A stretch of 64,000 bases of DNA from Deltaproteobacteria bacterium (GCA_040218735.1 JAVJQW010000033.1:128001-192000); one strand, 5' to 3'; positions 17,084 through 26,856 are shown, numbered from the stretch's first letter. Translations and numbers: made by a program. The notes: generated from the letters alone by a model not told the origin.

Positions 17084-18880
17084 TTGGATTCGGAGGACTA
17101 CACGATCACCGCCCCCACTCCACCCGTCATCGCCGGTCGCTACCGGTGTGGCCGCGTCCTCGGTACCGGCGCGACGAGCACCGTGTACGAGGGCCGAGAC
17201 GCGTCGACGGGCGCGGCCGTCGCGATCAAACGCATCTTCGCCGAAGTCTCCGCGTACCGAGACGGCGGGGACCTCCTTCGACGCGAGGTCGGCGTGGCGG
17301 ACCGTGTGCGCCACGAAGGCCTCGTGCAGGTGTACGACGCAGGTCAGGATTCGGACGGCACGTTTTTCATCGTGATGGAGCTTTTGTCCGGTCGCACCTT
17401 CGAGGAGCAGCTGGAGAGCGGGAGCGCTTCGGTCGCGACCTCGCTGGACGTGGTCGAGGCGGTCCTCGAGCCGCTCGCCGCGCTGCACGCCCACGGGGTG
17501 GTCCACCGGGATCTGAAACCCTCGAACATCTTCCTGACCGACGACGGGCGCGTGAAGCTCCTCGACCTCGGCATCGCCAAACACGCGCAGGACGCGTCCG
17601 TCACCAAGACCGGCGCGGGCGTGGGGACCCCGAACTACATGGCGCCCGAGCAGGCGGTGAGCGCGCGCGACGTGACCCCCGCCGCCGACGTGTGGAGCGT
17701 CGGCGCGTTGCTCTACCGCGTCCTGACCGGGCGCCTCCCGTTCGAAGGTGAAAACGCGTACGAGGTGGTCCTCAAGGCGTGCACCGAGGTGCACGCGCCG
17801 GCGACGCGGTGGACGCCCGACGCCGACCCGTCGTTGGTTGCGCTGATCGATCGGTGCCTCGTGAAGGCGCCGGAGCACCGCATCTCTCAGGCCTCGGAAG
17901 TCGCGGTCGCGCTGCGCGAGGTGCGGGCCGGGACGTACGTGCCGATAGAGGCCGCCGCGTTCGTGGATCCCGCGCTGGCCGCCCTCGCGCGCGCCGCGAC
18001 CGAACCCGGCGACGGCGCAACCGCGGACGCTCCGACGCAGCGCGCGTATCGCGACGTCTCGATCGAGCTGCCGCGCTCGAGGCGCACGAAGTACGCCGCG
18101 ATGTTGTTCGTCGTCTTCGGCCTCGGGGCCGCTGCGGGGGTGGGGTGGTGGTGGTCGGCGCCGATGCGGCGAGCGCCGGTGCGATCTGTTGCCCCGGAGC
18201 GTGGCGGTTACGGCGAAACAGCGGGGGGTACGCGAGCGCTGATCGGTTCGGACGCGGACACGGGTTCGGACTCGGTGACGGGTTCGGATTCGGTTGCGGG
18301 TTCGGATTCGGTTGCGGGTTCGGACTCGGTGACGGGTTCGGACTCGGACACGGGTTCGGACTCGGACACGGGCCCGGATCCGGTCACGGGCTCGGACTCG
18401 GTGACGGGTTCGGGTTCGGTTGCGGGTTCGGACTCGGTGACGGGTTCGGATTCGGATACGCGTTCGGGTGCTGCGTCGGGTTCGCGTACCGCGCGGCGTC
18501 CTCGTCGGGCGCCGAAGCGCGCCTCCGCGCTGGGCGCTGCGTCTGATTCCGTCACCGAGCCCGACTCTGCATTCGCGTCCGACTCCGAATCCGCATCCGA
18601 TCCCGATTCCGATTCCGATCCCGGGTCCGACTCCGAATCCGCATCCGATCCCGATTCTGATCCCGTGACCGAGTCCGAGTCCGAGTCGGACTCCGAGACC
18701 GAGTCGGACTCCGACACCGCGTCCGACTCCGCCGCGGCCGACGCCCCGGACACCACGCCGCCCATCCGCACCAACGACGCCGGCGTCCGCGCCGCGCCGC
18801 CGACCACAGTGGCGCCGCCGCCGCCCCCGCCGCCCAAGAAGAAGAAGGAGAAGAAGTCGGCCCCGTTCCTCACGTTCTGA
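17084..18880 (+). CDS. Membrane Ser/Thr protein kinase with a Ser/Asp-repeat C-terminal region
   Basis: GTGATS, VAIK, HRDLKPSN, DLG, GTPNYMAPEQ; TM helix; GSDSVT repeats. Confidence 0.93.
   Translation: MDSEDYTITAPTPPVIAGRYRCGRVLGTGATSTVYEGRDASTGAAVAIKRIFAEVSAYRDGGDLLRREVGVADRVRHEGLVQVYDAGQDSDGTFFIVMELLSGRTFEEQLESGSASVATSLDVVEAVLEPLAALHAHGVVHRDLKPSNIFLTDDGRVKLLDLGIAKHAQDASVTKTGAGVGTPNYMAPEQAVSARDVTPAADVWSVGALLYRVLTGRLPFEGENAYEVVLKACTEVHAPATRWTPDADPSLVALIDRCLVKAPEHRISQASEVAVALREVRAGTYVPIEAAAFVDPALAALARAATEPGDGATADAPTQRAYRDVSIELPRSRRTKYAAMLFVVFGLGAAAGVGWWWSAPMRRAPVRSVAPERGGYGETAGGTRALIGSDADTGSDSVTGSDSVAGSDSVAGSDSVTGSDSDTGSDSDTGPDPVTGSDSVTGSGSVAGSDSVTGSDSDTRSGAASGSRTARRPRRAPKRASALGAASDSVTEPDSAFASDSESASDPDSDSDPGSDSESASDPDSDPVTESESESDSETESDSDTASDSAAADAPDTTPPIRTNDAGVRAAPPTTVAPPPPPPPKKKKEKKSAPFLTF
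18245..18460 (+). repeat. 12 x 18-bp coding tandem repeat (GSDS[V/D][T/A])
   Basis: Consensus GGTTCGGACTCGGTGACG; units counted directly. Confidence 0.9.
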
Positions 18881-18908
18881 CCTCGGCCTCAGGAGAGCCC
18901 CCGCCCCC

Positions 18909-19961
18909 ATGACCCGCACCGTCGCCCCCCTCGCCCTGTTCATCCTCCTCGCCCCCAACCTCGCCGTCGCGTCCCCGTGGACTCTGCCCGCGGATCGCAT
19001 CGCGGTGATCGGCGGCTTCGACTACGGCTTCGCGAACCAAGAGTGGCTCGACGAAGGCGGCGTGCGCGGGTTCCCGCTGCGCGGCAACTTCACGTCGTCG
19101 ACCTTCTCGATCGGGACGCGCTTCGGCTTCACCGATCGCCTCGAGTTCTCGGCGCAGCTCCCGATCACGCTCGTGTCCTACGACGCCGACGCCGTGATCC
19201 TCTTGCCGGCCCCCGGCGCCGACCCCGGCGCCGACTTCGACTACTACCAACAGAACATCATCGAGCTGACGCAGACCGCGCGCGGCGTCGGCGACCTCCG
19301 CGTCGCCGGCCGCTACCGGTGGTTCCTGCAGCCGTTCGCGCTCGCGACGGAAGTCGAAGTGAAGGCACCGACGGGTTACCGCGGCCCCTCCGGGACGTTC
19401 GGCGACCGGCCCCAGACCGCGGAGGAGTTCCTCGCCGATCCCGGTCGGTTCGTTCGGCCCGAGAACATCCAGGACGACGTGACCCTCGGCGACGGCCAGC
19501 TCGACGTCGCGGTCTCGATGTTGTTCGGCTACGTGTTCCCGACGAACACGTTCGTGCGCCTCGACGCGGGTTACAACTTGCGCCTCAGCGGCGCCGCGGA
19601 CCAGGTCGTGGGTTCGGTGCGCCTCGGTCAGGTCATCGCGCCGGGGCTCCTCGCGTTCGTCGGCGCGCGCGGCGCCTACTCGATCGAGGACGGTCGTGTC
19701 ATCGGTATCAGCGTCACCGCCGAGGATCCGGAGCTCCCCGCCGCCGAGTACGCGGGCCTGAACAACCTCGGCTTGCGCGAGGTTCGCCTCTACCGCGACC
19801 GCCTCGCGGTCGACGGCGGTGTCATCATTCGCCTCGCCCCGGGCGTGGAGCTGAACCTCGGCTACGGACAGACGGTGTGGGGCCGTAATACGGCCCTGGT
19901 GCGGCGGTTCTCGGCGAGCATCGCGATGTCGACCTCGATCGCCGAAGAAGACGACGAGTAA
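18909..19961 (+). CDS. Putative outer-membrane beta-barrel protein (MetA-pathway/transporter-like)
   Basis: Signal peptide; GVGDLRVAGRYR, EVKAPTGY and LGDGQLD motifs; alternating amphipathic strands. Confidence 0.7.
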   Translation: MTRTVAPLALFILLAPNLAVASPWTLPADRIAVIGGFDYGFANQEWLDEGGVRGFPLRGNFTSSTFSIGTRFGFTDRLEFSAQLPITLVSYDADAVILLPAPGADPGADFDYYQQNIIELTQTARGVGDLRVAGRYRWFLQPFALATEVEVKAPTGYRGPSGTFGDRPQTAEEFLADPGRFVRPENIQDDVTLGDGQLDVAVSMLFGYVFPTNTFVRLDAGYNLRLSGAADQVVGSVRLGQVIAPGLLAFVGARGAYSIEDGRVIGISVTAEDPELPAAEYAGLNNLGLREVRLYRDRLAVDGGVIIRLAPGVELNLGYGQTVWGRNTALVRRFSASIAMSTSIAEEDDE

Positions 19962-19962
19962 C

Positions 19963-20649
19963 TCACCAGCGAAGCTGCACGCCGAAGCCCGCGGGCTCGA
20001 TCGCGATCCGGCTCGTCTCTTCGCTCCGCTTCACGGGCTCCCCGCACCCCTCGAGGAACTCACTTCGGTACTCATCCCAAGCGCCGACGACGCCGGTGGG
20101 TTGGATGAGTATCCGCCCCTGCCCGATGAGTTGGCCACCGATGAGTTGGGTGATCGCCGCGCGCTTGCGGTCGAACGCGAGCCACAGCACGAGTGAGGCG
20201 CCGACGCTGTACAGGAACGATGCGGTGTGCGCGATCCACGACTGCGCGAATCTCACCTTCTTCGAGCTCTTCTCCAGGAGGTACTCCAGCACCGCGAGCC
20301 GCTCCCCCTTCGTGCTCGCGCCCGCGAGGTGATGCGCGCTGTCGATGATCGGCGGTCGCCCCGTCTGAAGTGTGATGATCCCGAGCGCCGATCCGATCGC
20401 CGCGACGTACATCTCTTTCCGCACGCCGTCGTCGTCCGACACGTTGGCGATCGTCACGGCTCCGGCCATGACCGCGGAGTGCACGCCCCAGATGCTCGAG
20501 AACCACAGATCGAGCGCGCCCTCGTGCCGATCGATCATCGCCTCGGCCGCCTCGATGCGCCGGTCCATCGCCTCCGGCGATAGCTCGCCCGAGCGACAGG
20601 GGTTCGGGTTCATCACGACACTGAGCGCAGCGAGGACGGCGACGTTCAC
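19963..20649 (-). CDS. Hypothetical membrane or secreted protein
   Basis: Hydrophobic helices; C-terminus GFGVQLRW. Confidence 0.65.
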   Translation of the reverse strand: MNVAVLAALSVVMNPNPCRSGELSPEAMDRRIEAAEAMIDRHEGALDLWFSSIWGVHSAVMAGAVTIANVSDDDGVRKEMYVAAIGSALGIITLQTGRPPIIDSAHHLAGASTKGERLAVLEYLLEKSSKKVRFAQSWIAHTASFLYSVGASLVLWLAFDRKRAAITQLIGGQLIGQGRILIQPTGVVGAWDEYRSEFLEGCGEPVKRSEETSRIAIEPAGFGVQLRW

Positions 20650-20691
20650 GTGGCGCGCACGCTACCAGCCCCCGCGCCGACGCGCGACGCG

Positions 20692-21477
20692 TTACACCGG
20701 ATCGACGAAGAAGGTCGCGACGAGGATCAACCTCAGCGAGACGTCGCCGCGCGGTTTCTGCTTCTGGTCCGCCGTGTCCAACGACAGGCGCGTGCGGACG
20801 CGCAGCGCCATCTCCTTGCACTTGAGCGGATCCGCGACGCCGCCGTCGATCATCTGGTTCTCGAGGCACCGCTCGTCCGCGAGCTGCGCGTTGAGGAAGC
20901 TCTCGCCGCCGCGCGCCCACTCGAACTCGAGGTCCGCGACCTCGCCGGGTTCGACGGCCGGTGCCCCCGCGGCGCCGCCGTTCCGTTGGGCGCAGGTCGG
21001 TGACAGCTCCGTGCCGCCGACGGTGCCGACGGTCCGCCACGCGCGGCGGTCCTCGGTCTGCGCGTCGATCTGGTCCGCGGCCTGGACCTCGATCGGCGGC
21101 AGCCCGACATTGAGTGTATTCGTCTCGACGCGCACGACGAGGCGGTCGATCTCGATGCGGCTGATCAGCCCGTCGTTGATCGGTTGGAACAGCTCCGCTT
21201 GCTCCGGATCCTCGGCGGGGTCGGGCGTCAGATCGATCTGGCCGCCGTCCTCGGGGTCGGTCGCGATGAGCGCGTCGTAGCAGACGTCCGGGAACCCGTC
21301 CGGCCACACCTCCGGTAGCCCCGGAGAGCCGGGCGGGAGGAGCTGCGTGGAGACGCCGTCGATCGCGTCGTCGAGCGTGAGGTCGATGACGAACTCGTCG
21401 AGCCGGAGCTGAATCGGCACACCCGCGCCGCACGCGGTGGTCAGGCAGAGCAGAGGAAGGTACGCGAGCTTCTTCAC
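20692..21477 (-). CDS. Hypothetical lipoprotein
   Basis: MKK...LTTAC lipobox; GTGA overlap with the upstream gene. Confidence 0.8.
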   Translation of the reverse strand: MKKLAYLPLLCLTTACGAGVPIQLRLDEFVIDLTLDDAIDGVSTQLLPPGSPGLPEVWPDGFPDVCYDALIATDPEDGGQIDLTPDPAEDPEQAELFQPINDGLISRIEIDRLVVRVETNTLNVGLPPIEVQAADQIDAQTEDRRAWRTVGTVGGTELSPTCAQRNGGAAGAPAVEPGEVADLEFEWARGGESFLNAQLADERCLENQMIDGGVADPLKCKEMALRVRTRLSLDTADQKQKPRGDVSLRLILVATFFVDPV

Positions 21478-23885
21478 GGTTCGATCCTCCCGGGGCCGCC
21501 CATCGCCGCGGTCGACAGGAACCGCAGGATGGCGTTCACCGCCTGCGGGTTGCGGGTGCCGACGAAGTGGCCGTCGTAGTCGAGCTGGCCCATCGTCATC
21601 GATGGCGTATATTGAAGCGAACCAACGGAGGCGCCGCCGATGTTGCCCACGGCGGAGGGCACCGTCGGCACCCCCTCGACCGGCGCGAGCGCCGTGCCGA
21701 CGATCGGATACATGCCCGCGCGGATGAGCGCGGCCTGGGTGACCTCGGGCGTGAATCCGTCTTCGAGGCCGTAGACGTGCAGGAAGTCGACCGCGCCGCG
21801 CGCCGAGGGCGGGTCGATCGCGATATTCGCCGCGTACGGGGTCGCGTCGGAGGGCCCGAAGAACATCGACATCAACCCGATCATCGGGTGCATCCGCGAC
21901 ACCGTCTGGTCGCCGAACAGCGAGCGCGTCAGCGCGGCGATGTCGTTCGGGCGGCGTTTGTTCACGAGCGTCAGCCCGATCTCCGCGCCGGCGCCCGTGA
22001 ACACCGCGGCGTGGAGGTTCGGTTCGGCGGCGACGAACGAAGCGCCGACCACCGTGCCCTGCGAGTGGCCGTAGTACATGACGCGCTCGGGGTCGAAGCG
22101 CCCGGTCAGTCCGACGACGCCGATCGAAGCGAGGTCGACGTTGCGCGCGAGCTTCACGAGGTTGTGCACGTCGCCGCCGCCCTGCAGCACGTTGTCGCGC
22201 GCGGCGCGAGGGTTGGCGGCGTTGAAGAACGCGCGCCCGGCGTCGAGGCGCGCCGCGGGCGGGAGGCCCTGGCGCGGGCCGTGTTGTGAGCCGTCGAAGG
22301 TGATGACCGCGATGCCGCGCCCCGCGAGGGACTCGGCGACCTGGAGCAGGCCGCTCGTGAAGTCACCGCCGGTGCCGTGCCCGTAGATGACGACCGGGTA
22401 GCCGTTCGCGGGCATCGGCGAGGTCGGGACCGCGATGCCCACGCACACGTCCTCGCTCCCCTGCACGACGATGTTGCCCTGCACGTCGATCTCGAAGGCG
22501 CCGTCGAAGGGATCGTTCTGCGGGTTCAGGTACGGACGCGTCCCGCGCTGGAGGACGGGGTTCGAGACCCGCGCGTGGATCTCCTCGAACGCCGGGTTCG
22601 GCGCGCCGGGGCAGTTGCGGAGGCCGTCCTCGGCGCACGGCGACATCGTCGCCGCGAGGCAACGCACCGCGTTCGAGACGACCGGCGCCGGTGCGGTCTC
22701 GATCGCAGCTTGCACCGCGAAGCCCACCGACGACGGGTCGCCGGTCGTGAACACCGCGGCGACCGCGATGTCCTCCGCCGCCATCGCGCCGGATCCGATG
22801 TACGCGCGCAGCGGTTCGTACGCCTCGTGCGCCGCCGCAACGTCCGGGTCGCTCGGCGTGGCGTCCTCGAGCATCGCCCTGAAGTCCGCGTCGTGGATCG
22901 GCGCCTCGCCGCGGATGTTCCGCACCGAGGACTTCACGATCACCGCGTAGGTCCGGAGCGGATCCAGCGCGACGCCGTCGATCGGCGCGACCGCCAACGC
23001 GCTGTGGCAGATGAACTGCCCGGCGTCGCGGTTGTAGAGCGTCTGGATCGGGACGCGGCTGCCGTCGTCGAGCGCGACCAGCTCCACGCCCGGGGGCGTC
23101 GCGGTCGCGGTGACGGTGGATGCGTCGAGCGGGTCCGAGAAACGAATGAACACCGGCTGCGTGAGGCCCCACCCGTTGCGATCCTCTTCGAGCGCGCGGA
23201 GGTAGAGCTGGTCGAAGTCGATGCCCGAGATGTCGCCGGGTGACGGGTGACCGGCGAGCACCGGGCGGCCGTCCACGAGGCGGACGTCGCTCGGGAAGGG
23301 CTGTCGATAGAACTCGTCGAGCGGTGCGCCGCCGCGGGGGACTTCGAAGTAGGCGCGGAACGCGGCGAGGTCTTCTTCGGAGCGAACGCAGGACACGCCG
23401 GCGAAGAACGGCGGCGACTCACACGTGTTCTGCGCGCTGCAGATCAGCGGTCGCACGCAGTCTTTGATCTCCCCGCACTCCTGTCCGAGGCCGGCTTGGC
23501 CCTCGGCGTTCGGATCCGGAACTGCGCAGACGCCGGAGCCGTCGCAGACCAGGCCGACGTCGCAGTCGGGGCTCAGCCCGCACTGTTCGCCGGCCGCGGC
23601 GCCGCACGCGCCGCCGCCGAAGGGCGCGCGGCACACACTCTGGTTCCCGCAGCACAGGTCGGCCATACAGTCGCCGGATCCGGTGCACGGATCACCCGCG
23701 CGTCCCGCGGTGTCCGGAACCGGGAGAGCCACGCAGACGCCGTCTTCGCAGCCGAGGCCGGCCATGCAGTCGGCGATTTGGCGGCAGACGTCACCCTCGG
23801 CCTGGGTGCCGATCGAGATCGGATCCGCTTCGGTGCATCCGGCGAGCAGGGCGACGCCGGCGATGATTCGCGTCAGGTGTCGCAT
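21474..23885 (-). CDS. Lipoprotein: Cys-rich repeats, Ig-like domain and alpha/beta hydrolase (bacterial lipase-like)
   Basis: LAGC lipobox; four Cys repeats; PFPSD; VVIYGHGTGG; RDNVLQ; GHSQG nucleophile; C-terminal D and H candidates. Confidence 0.85.
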   Translation of the reverse strand: MRHLTRIIAGVALLAGCTEADPISIGTQAEGDVCRQIADCMAGLGCEDGVCVALPVPDTAGRAGDPCTGSGDCMADLCCGNQSVCRAPFGGGACGAAAGEQCGLSPDCDVGLVCDGSGVCAVPDPNAEGQAGLGQECGEIKDCVRPLICSAQNTCESPPFFAGVSCVRSEEDLAAFRAYFEVPRGGAPLDEFYRQPFPSDVRLVDGRPVLAGHPSPGDISGIDFDQLYLRALEEDRNGWGLTQPVFIRFSDPLDASTVTATATPPGVELVALDDGSRVPIQTLYNRDAGQFICHSALAVAPIDGVALDPLRTYAVIVKSSVRNIRGEAPIHDADFRAMLEDATPSDPDVAAAHEAYEPLRAYIGSGAMAAEDIAVAAVFTTGDPSSVGFAVQAAIETAPAPVVSNAVRCLAATMSPCAEDGLRNCPGAPNPAFEEIHARVSNPVLQRGTRPYLNPQNDPFDGAFEIDVQGNIVVQGSEDVCVGIAVPTSPMPANGYPVVIYGHGTGGDFTSGLLQVAESLAGRGIAVITFDGSQHGPRQGLPPAARLDAGRAFFNAANPRAARDNVLQGGGDVHNLVKLARNVDLASIGVVGLTGRFDPERVMYYGHSQGTVVGASFVAAEPNLHAAVFTGAGAEIGLTLVNKRRPNDIAALTRSLFGDQTVSRMHPMIGLMSMFFGPSDATPYAANIAIDPPSARGAVDFLHVYGLEDGFTPEVTQAALIRAGMYPIVGTALAPVEGVPTVPSAVGNIGGASVGSLQYTPSMTMGQLDYDGHFVGTRNPQAVNAILRFLSTAAMGGPGRIEP

Positions 23886-25570
23886 CAGTCCTTGAACTCC
23901 CATCCGAGCTCCACGTCGACGAACAGCGTGTCGACCGACTCGAAGATGCGGTCGTTGGTGAAGAAGGGCGAGACGTTCTCCGCGTCGTCGACGATGTTCT
24001 CGTTACCGAGGTGGAACTCACGACCACCGCCGCGAACGATCCTGTAGATGCGTGAGTACGTCGCGTTGATGAAGAGGATGGGGAGGAGCTGCACTCGCGC
24101 GCCGCCCAGCAGGACGAGGTTGTCGACATTCGACGACCACACCGTCGAGATGTCCGCGCCGTTCGTGCGCATGTACGTCGCGAAGAGCTGCACGTATTTG
24201 ATGAACGGGACCTCGGCGTGAACGTAGAAGTTCGTGTCGTCGGCCTTCGTCGAGTCCTGAAGGCCGAGCGCGACGGCGACCTGTTTGCCGCTCCGTGAGT
24301 CCACGAACCAGGCGTACTGGAACTCGAGGTTGTAGCCATACTGCTGGCCGTCGTCCGGCGGCGCGAAGCCATTCTCCGGGTCGCCGAACACGGACTGATA
24401 TTTCGTCGGGCCGATCTGGTACCGCGGGTTCGTGCTGCGAATGGTCTGGTACTTCGTGATCTCGTAGAGCGTGTCGAAGTACGCCGGCTGGTAACGCGAG
24501 GAGAACGTGCGCCCCTCGGCGCGGATGCGGAACGCTTGCGTGGAGAGATCACCGCGCAGGTTGAAGCGCCCGAGCGCGCCGCCGGCGATGCCGGAGCCCG
24601 CGTCGATGAAGTTGTGGAACGTGCCGTAGACCTTGATGTCCGACGCGTCCGACTTCATCACTTTCAGCTCCGCGGACGCACCGAGCGCGTGCACGGTCGT
24701 CTCTTCCACGTAAGGCCGGCGGAGATCCGCGTCGGTGCGAATGAAGGTGTCGTCGCGGCTCTGACCGGTGAGCGGATCGAACCCAGCCGCGTGCCCCGAA
24801 CCCTGCACGCAGCGCTGCTCGGCCTCGGAGATCTGCACGCAGCGCGGCGCTGCGAAGTCCGCGGCGTACTCCACGCCGAACGACAGCGACGACAAGATCG
24901 GGTTGTCGAGGAAACCGAGCGGCTTCACGAACGCGAGCGCGCCGACCAGGCGATTCGAGAACGTCACGTCGTTGAGTTGCAGCTGGAACCCACCCCATCG
25001 GTTGTACGCCTCGAAGACCGCGCCGGTGATCGTGCGGTCGAGGTCGATCGAGGGTTGGTAGTTCTGAATGAGCTCGCCGTGCCCGAGTGAGTACGGACGC
25101 AGCGAAGTGATCGTGAAGTAGAGCGGCGACTCCTTGCGCCCGTAGGTGATGAAGCGAATGACCTTCGCGAAGTCCGAGACCTCGTCCCAGTCCTCGCGGC
25201 GGATCTTCAGACCACCGAACTCATTCGTACCGGCCTCCAGCGCGAGGAGGTTCAGCGGCACGTGGAAGGAGAACGCCCAGGGCTTCGGATAGAACGCGAC
25301 GCCCGGCGCCACGCCGAGGAAGATCTCCTCGGCGATGATCCTCGGGCCCGCGCGCACGCCCACGTGGTCGAACCGCGAGACGAGCTCGCGCGTACCGACG
25401 TGGGCGAGGTCGCCCTTGATGAACGGGATGTACTCGTCCTCGTCGTACTCTCCGTCCAGATCTCCTGCGACGACCGTGGACGTGGCGACGGTGCTCGAAT
25501 CCACCTGCCCCCACGCCGTCGTGGGCCCCACAGCGAAGACCACCGCGACCCACCCCACCCAACAACGCAC
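23885..25570 (-). CDS. Putative outer-membrane beta-barrel protein
   Basis: Signal peptide (…TTAWG) from GTG 25570 (start uncertain); aromatic amphipathic strands; ends VELGWEFKD; TGATG coupling to the next gene. Confidence 0.7.
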   Translation of the reverse strand: MRCWVGWVAVVFAVGPTTAWGQVDSSTVATSTVVAGDLDGEYDEDEYIPFIKGDLAHVGTRELVSRFDHVGVRAGPRIIAEEIFLGVAPGVAFYPKPWAFSFHVPLNLLALEAGTNEFGGLKIRREDWDEVSDFAKVIRFITYGRKESPLYFTITSLRPYSLGHGELIQNYQPSIDLDRTITGAVFEAYNRWGGFQLQLNDVTFSNRLVGALAFVKPLGFLDNPILSSLSFGVEYAADFAAPRCVQISEAEQRCVQGSGHAAGFDPLTGQSRDDTFIRTDADLRRPYVEETTVHALGASAELKVMKSDASDIKVYGTFHNFIDAGSGIAGGALGRFNLRGDLSTQAFRIRAEGRTFSSRYQPAYFDTLYEITKYQTIRSTNPRYQIGPTKYQSVFGDPENGFAPPDDGQQYGYNLEFQYAWFVDSRSGKQVAVALGLQDSTKADDTNFYVHAEVPFIKYVQLFATYMRTNGADISTVWSSNVDNLVLLGGARVQLLPILFINATYSRIYRIVRGGGREFHLGNENIVDDAENVSPFFTNDRIFESVDTLFVDVELGWEFKD

Positions 25571-25699
25571 CCTTCGTTGGTCTGCGAAACCCGACTTCAC
25601 GTCAATGTCGCCTCCGAGAGCCTGTTCGGCCCAACCGGCGGAAGTTGAAGTCGCACCCGACTCGCGTTCCAGGGGGTTGATGACGAACAAGTGCCCGGA

Positions 25700-25728
25700 T
25701 TGACAGGCGTTCGGGAGATCTCGAACCT
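25700..25728 (+). promoter_or_regulatory. Putative sigma70-type promoter
   Basis: TTGACA, 17 bp, GAACCT, then 9 nt to ATG 25738. Confidence 0.45.
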
Positions 25729-25737
25729 CACGAGAGG

Positions 25738-26856
25738 ATGCGCAAATTCTCGTTCGTCGTGCTGTGGACCCTCGTTGCGTGCACGCCCGACCCGCTGACG
25801 ATGGTCGACGCGCCTCCGCGCGACGCGGGATCGGAGGTCGTCGAACCCGAGCGCGACGCCGGTTCCTCCGCGCGCGACGCGGGCGAGAGCGAGATGAATC
25901 CCCCCGACGCCGGCTTCGTCGACGCGGGGATGACGGAGCCGCCGCGCGACGCCGGCCCGCGCGACGGCGGACCCGACGTCCCGCCGATGCCGGGGGACCC
26001 GCCACCGTTCCCGACCTACTCGGGCGGCGCGTGCCCCACGCTGACCGGCGGTCCGACGTCCGCCTCCGCGGTGAACTCGGGCTTCCCCACCGGCACCGAC
26101 GAACGTTCGTTCCGGCTGATCGTCCCGATGAACTACGACCCGTCGACGCCGACCCCGGTGGTGTTCGCGTGGCACTGGTTGAACGCGTCGAGCAACTCGT
26201 TCGTCCGGGAGGGTGAGCTCGAGACCGCGACGGAGCAGATGGGTTTCATCGCGGTGCTCCCCGACAAGAAGCTGAAGCCCGACGGCGACAAGGCGTATCT
26301 CTTCGACTGGCCCTTCGTCGAAGTCAGCAACGCGCCGAGTGAGCTGCTCTTCGTCGACGACCTCCTCGCGTGTGTCTCCGAGCAGTTCAACGTCGACCGC
26401 CACGGCGTCTACGGCATCGGCGTCAGCGCGGGCGCGCTGTGGCTCACGTACATGTCCTCGCAGCCGCAGATCGATCACTTCGCGGCGGTCGAGAGCCTCT
26501 CCGGCGGCATGGGCGAGGTCGCGGGCGTGTGGGGCATCGGCTTCACGCCGCGCCCGCACAAGTTCCCGGCGCTCGTCCTGTGGGGCGGCTCGCGCGACTG
26601 GCTCGGCCTCAACTTCCACGAGGCGTCGCTGCGCTACCGCGACGCGCTCGTCGACGACGGCCACTTCGTCGTCGCCTGCACCCACGACTCGGGCCACTCG
26701 ATGCCGCCCATCGAACCTCCGAACCCCGGCCAGACCCGCTTCGTCTCGCTATGGCGCTTCATGCTCGACCACCCCTACGGGATGGCGCCGGGTGACTCGC
26801 CGTACCTGACGAGCGGCCTGCCGCCGGAGTTCCCGACGTGGTGTGAGATCCCGTAG
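25738..26856 (+). CDS. Lipoprotein esterase, alpha/beta hydrolase (PHB depolymerase/LpqP-like)
   Basis: LVAC lipobox; RDAG linker; PVVFAWH; VDRHGVYGIGVSAG; WGGSRD; HDSGH. Confidence 0.82.
   Translation: MRKFSFVVLWTLVACTPDPLTMVDAPPRDAGSEVVEPERDAGSSARDAGESEMNPPDAGFVDAGMTEPPRDAGPRDGGPDVPPMPGDPPPFPTYSGGACPTLTGGPTSASAVNSGFPTGTDERSFRLIVPMNYDPSTPTPVVFAWHWLNASSNSFVREGELETATEQMGFIAVLPDKKLKPDGDKAYLFDWPFVEVSNAPSELLFVDDLLACVSEQFNVDRHGVYGIGVSAGALWLTYMSSQPQIDHFAAVESLSGGMGEVAGVWGIGFTPRPHKFPALVLWGGSRDWLGLNFHEASLRYRDALVDDGHFVVACTHDSGHSMPPIEPPNPGQTRFVSLWRFMLDHPYGMAPGDSPYLTSGLPPEFPTWCEIP

Noticed and set aside
18245-18460. Possible CRISPR array
   Set aside because: Contiguous in-frame 18-bp units with no spacers, and no cas genes in the window.
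18208-18873. Minus-strand ORF with VTESEP repeats
   Set aside because: It is the reverse reading of the kinase tandem repeat, with no independent evidence of being a gene.
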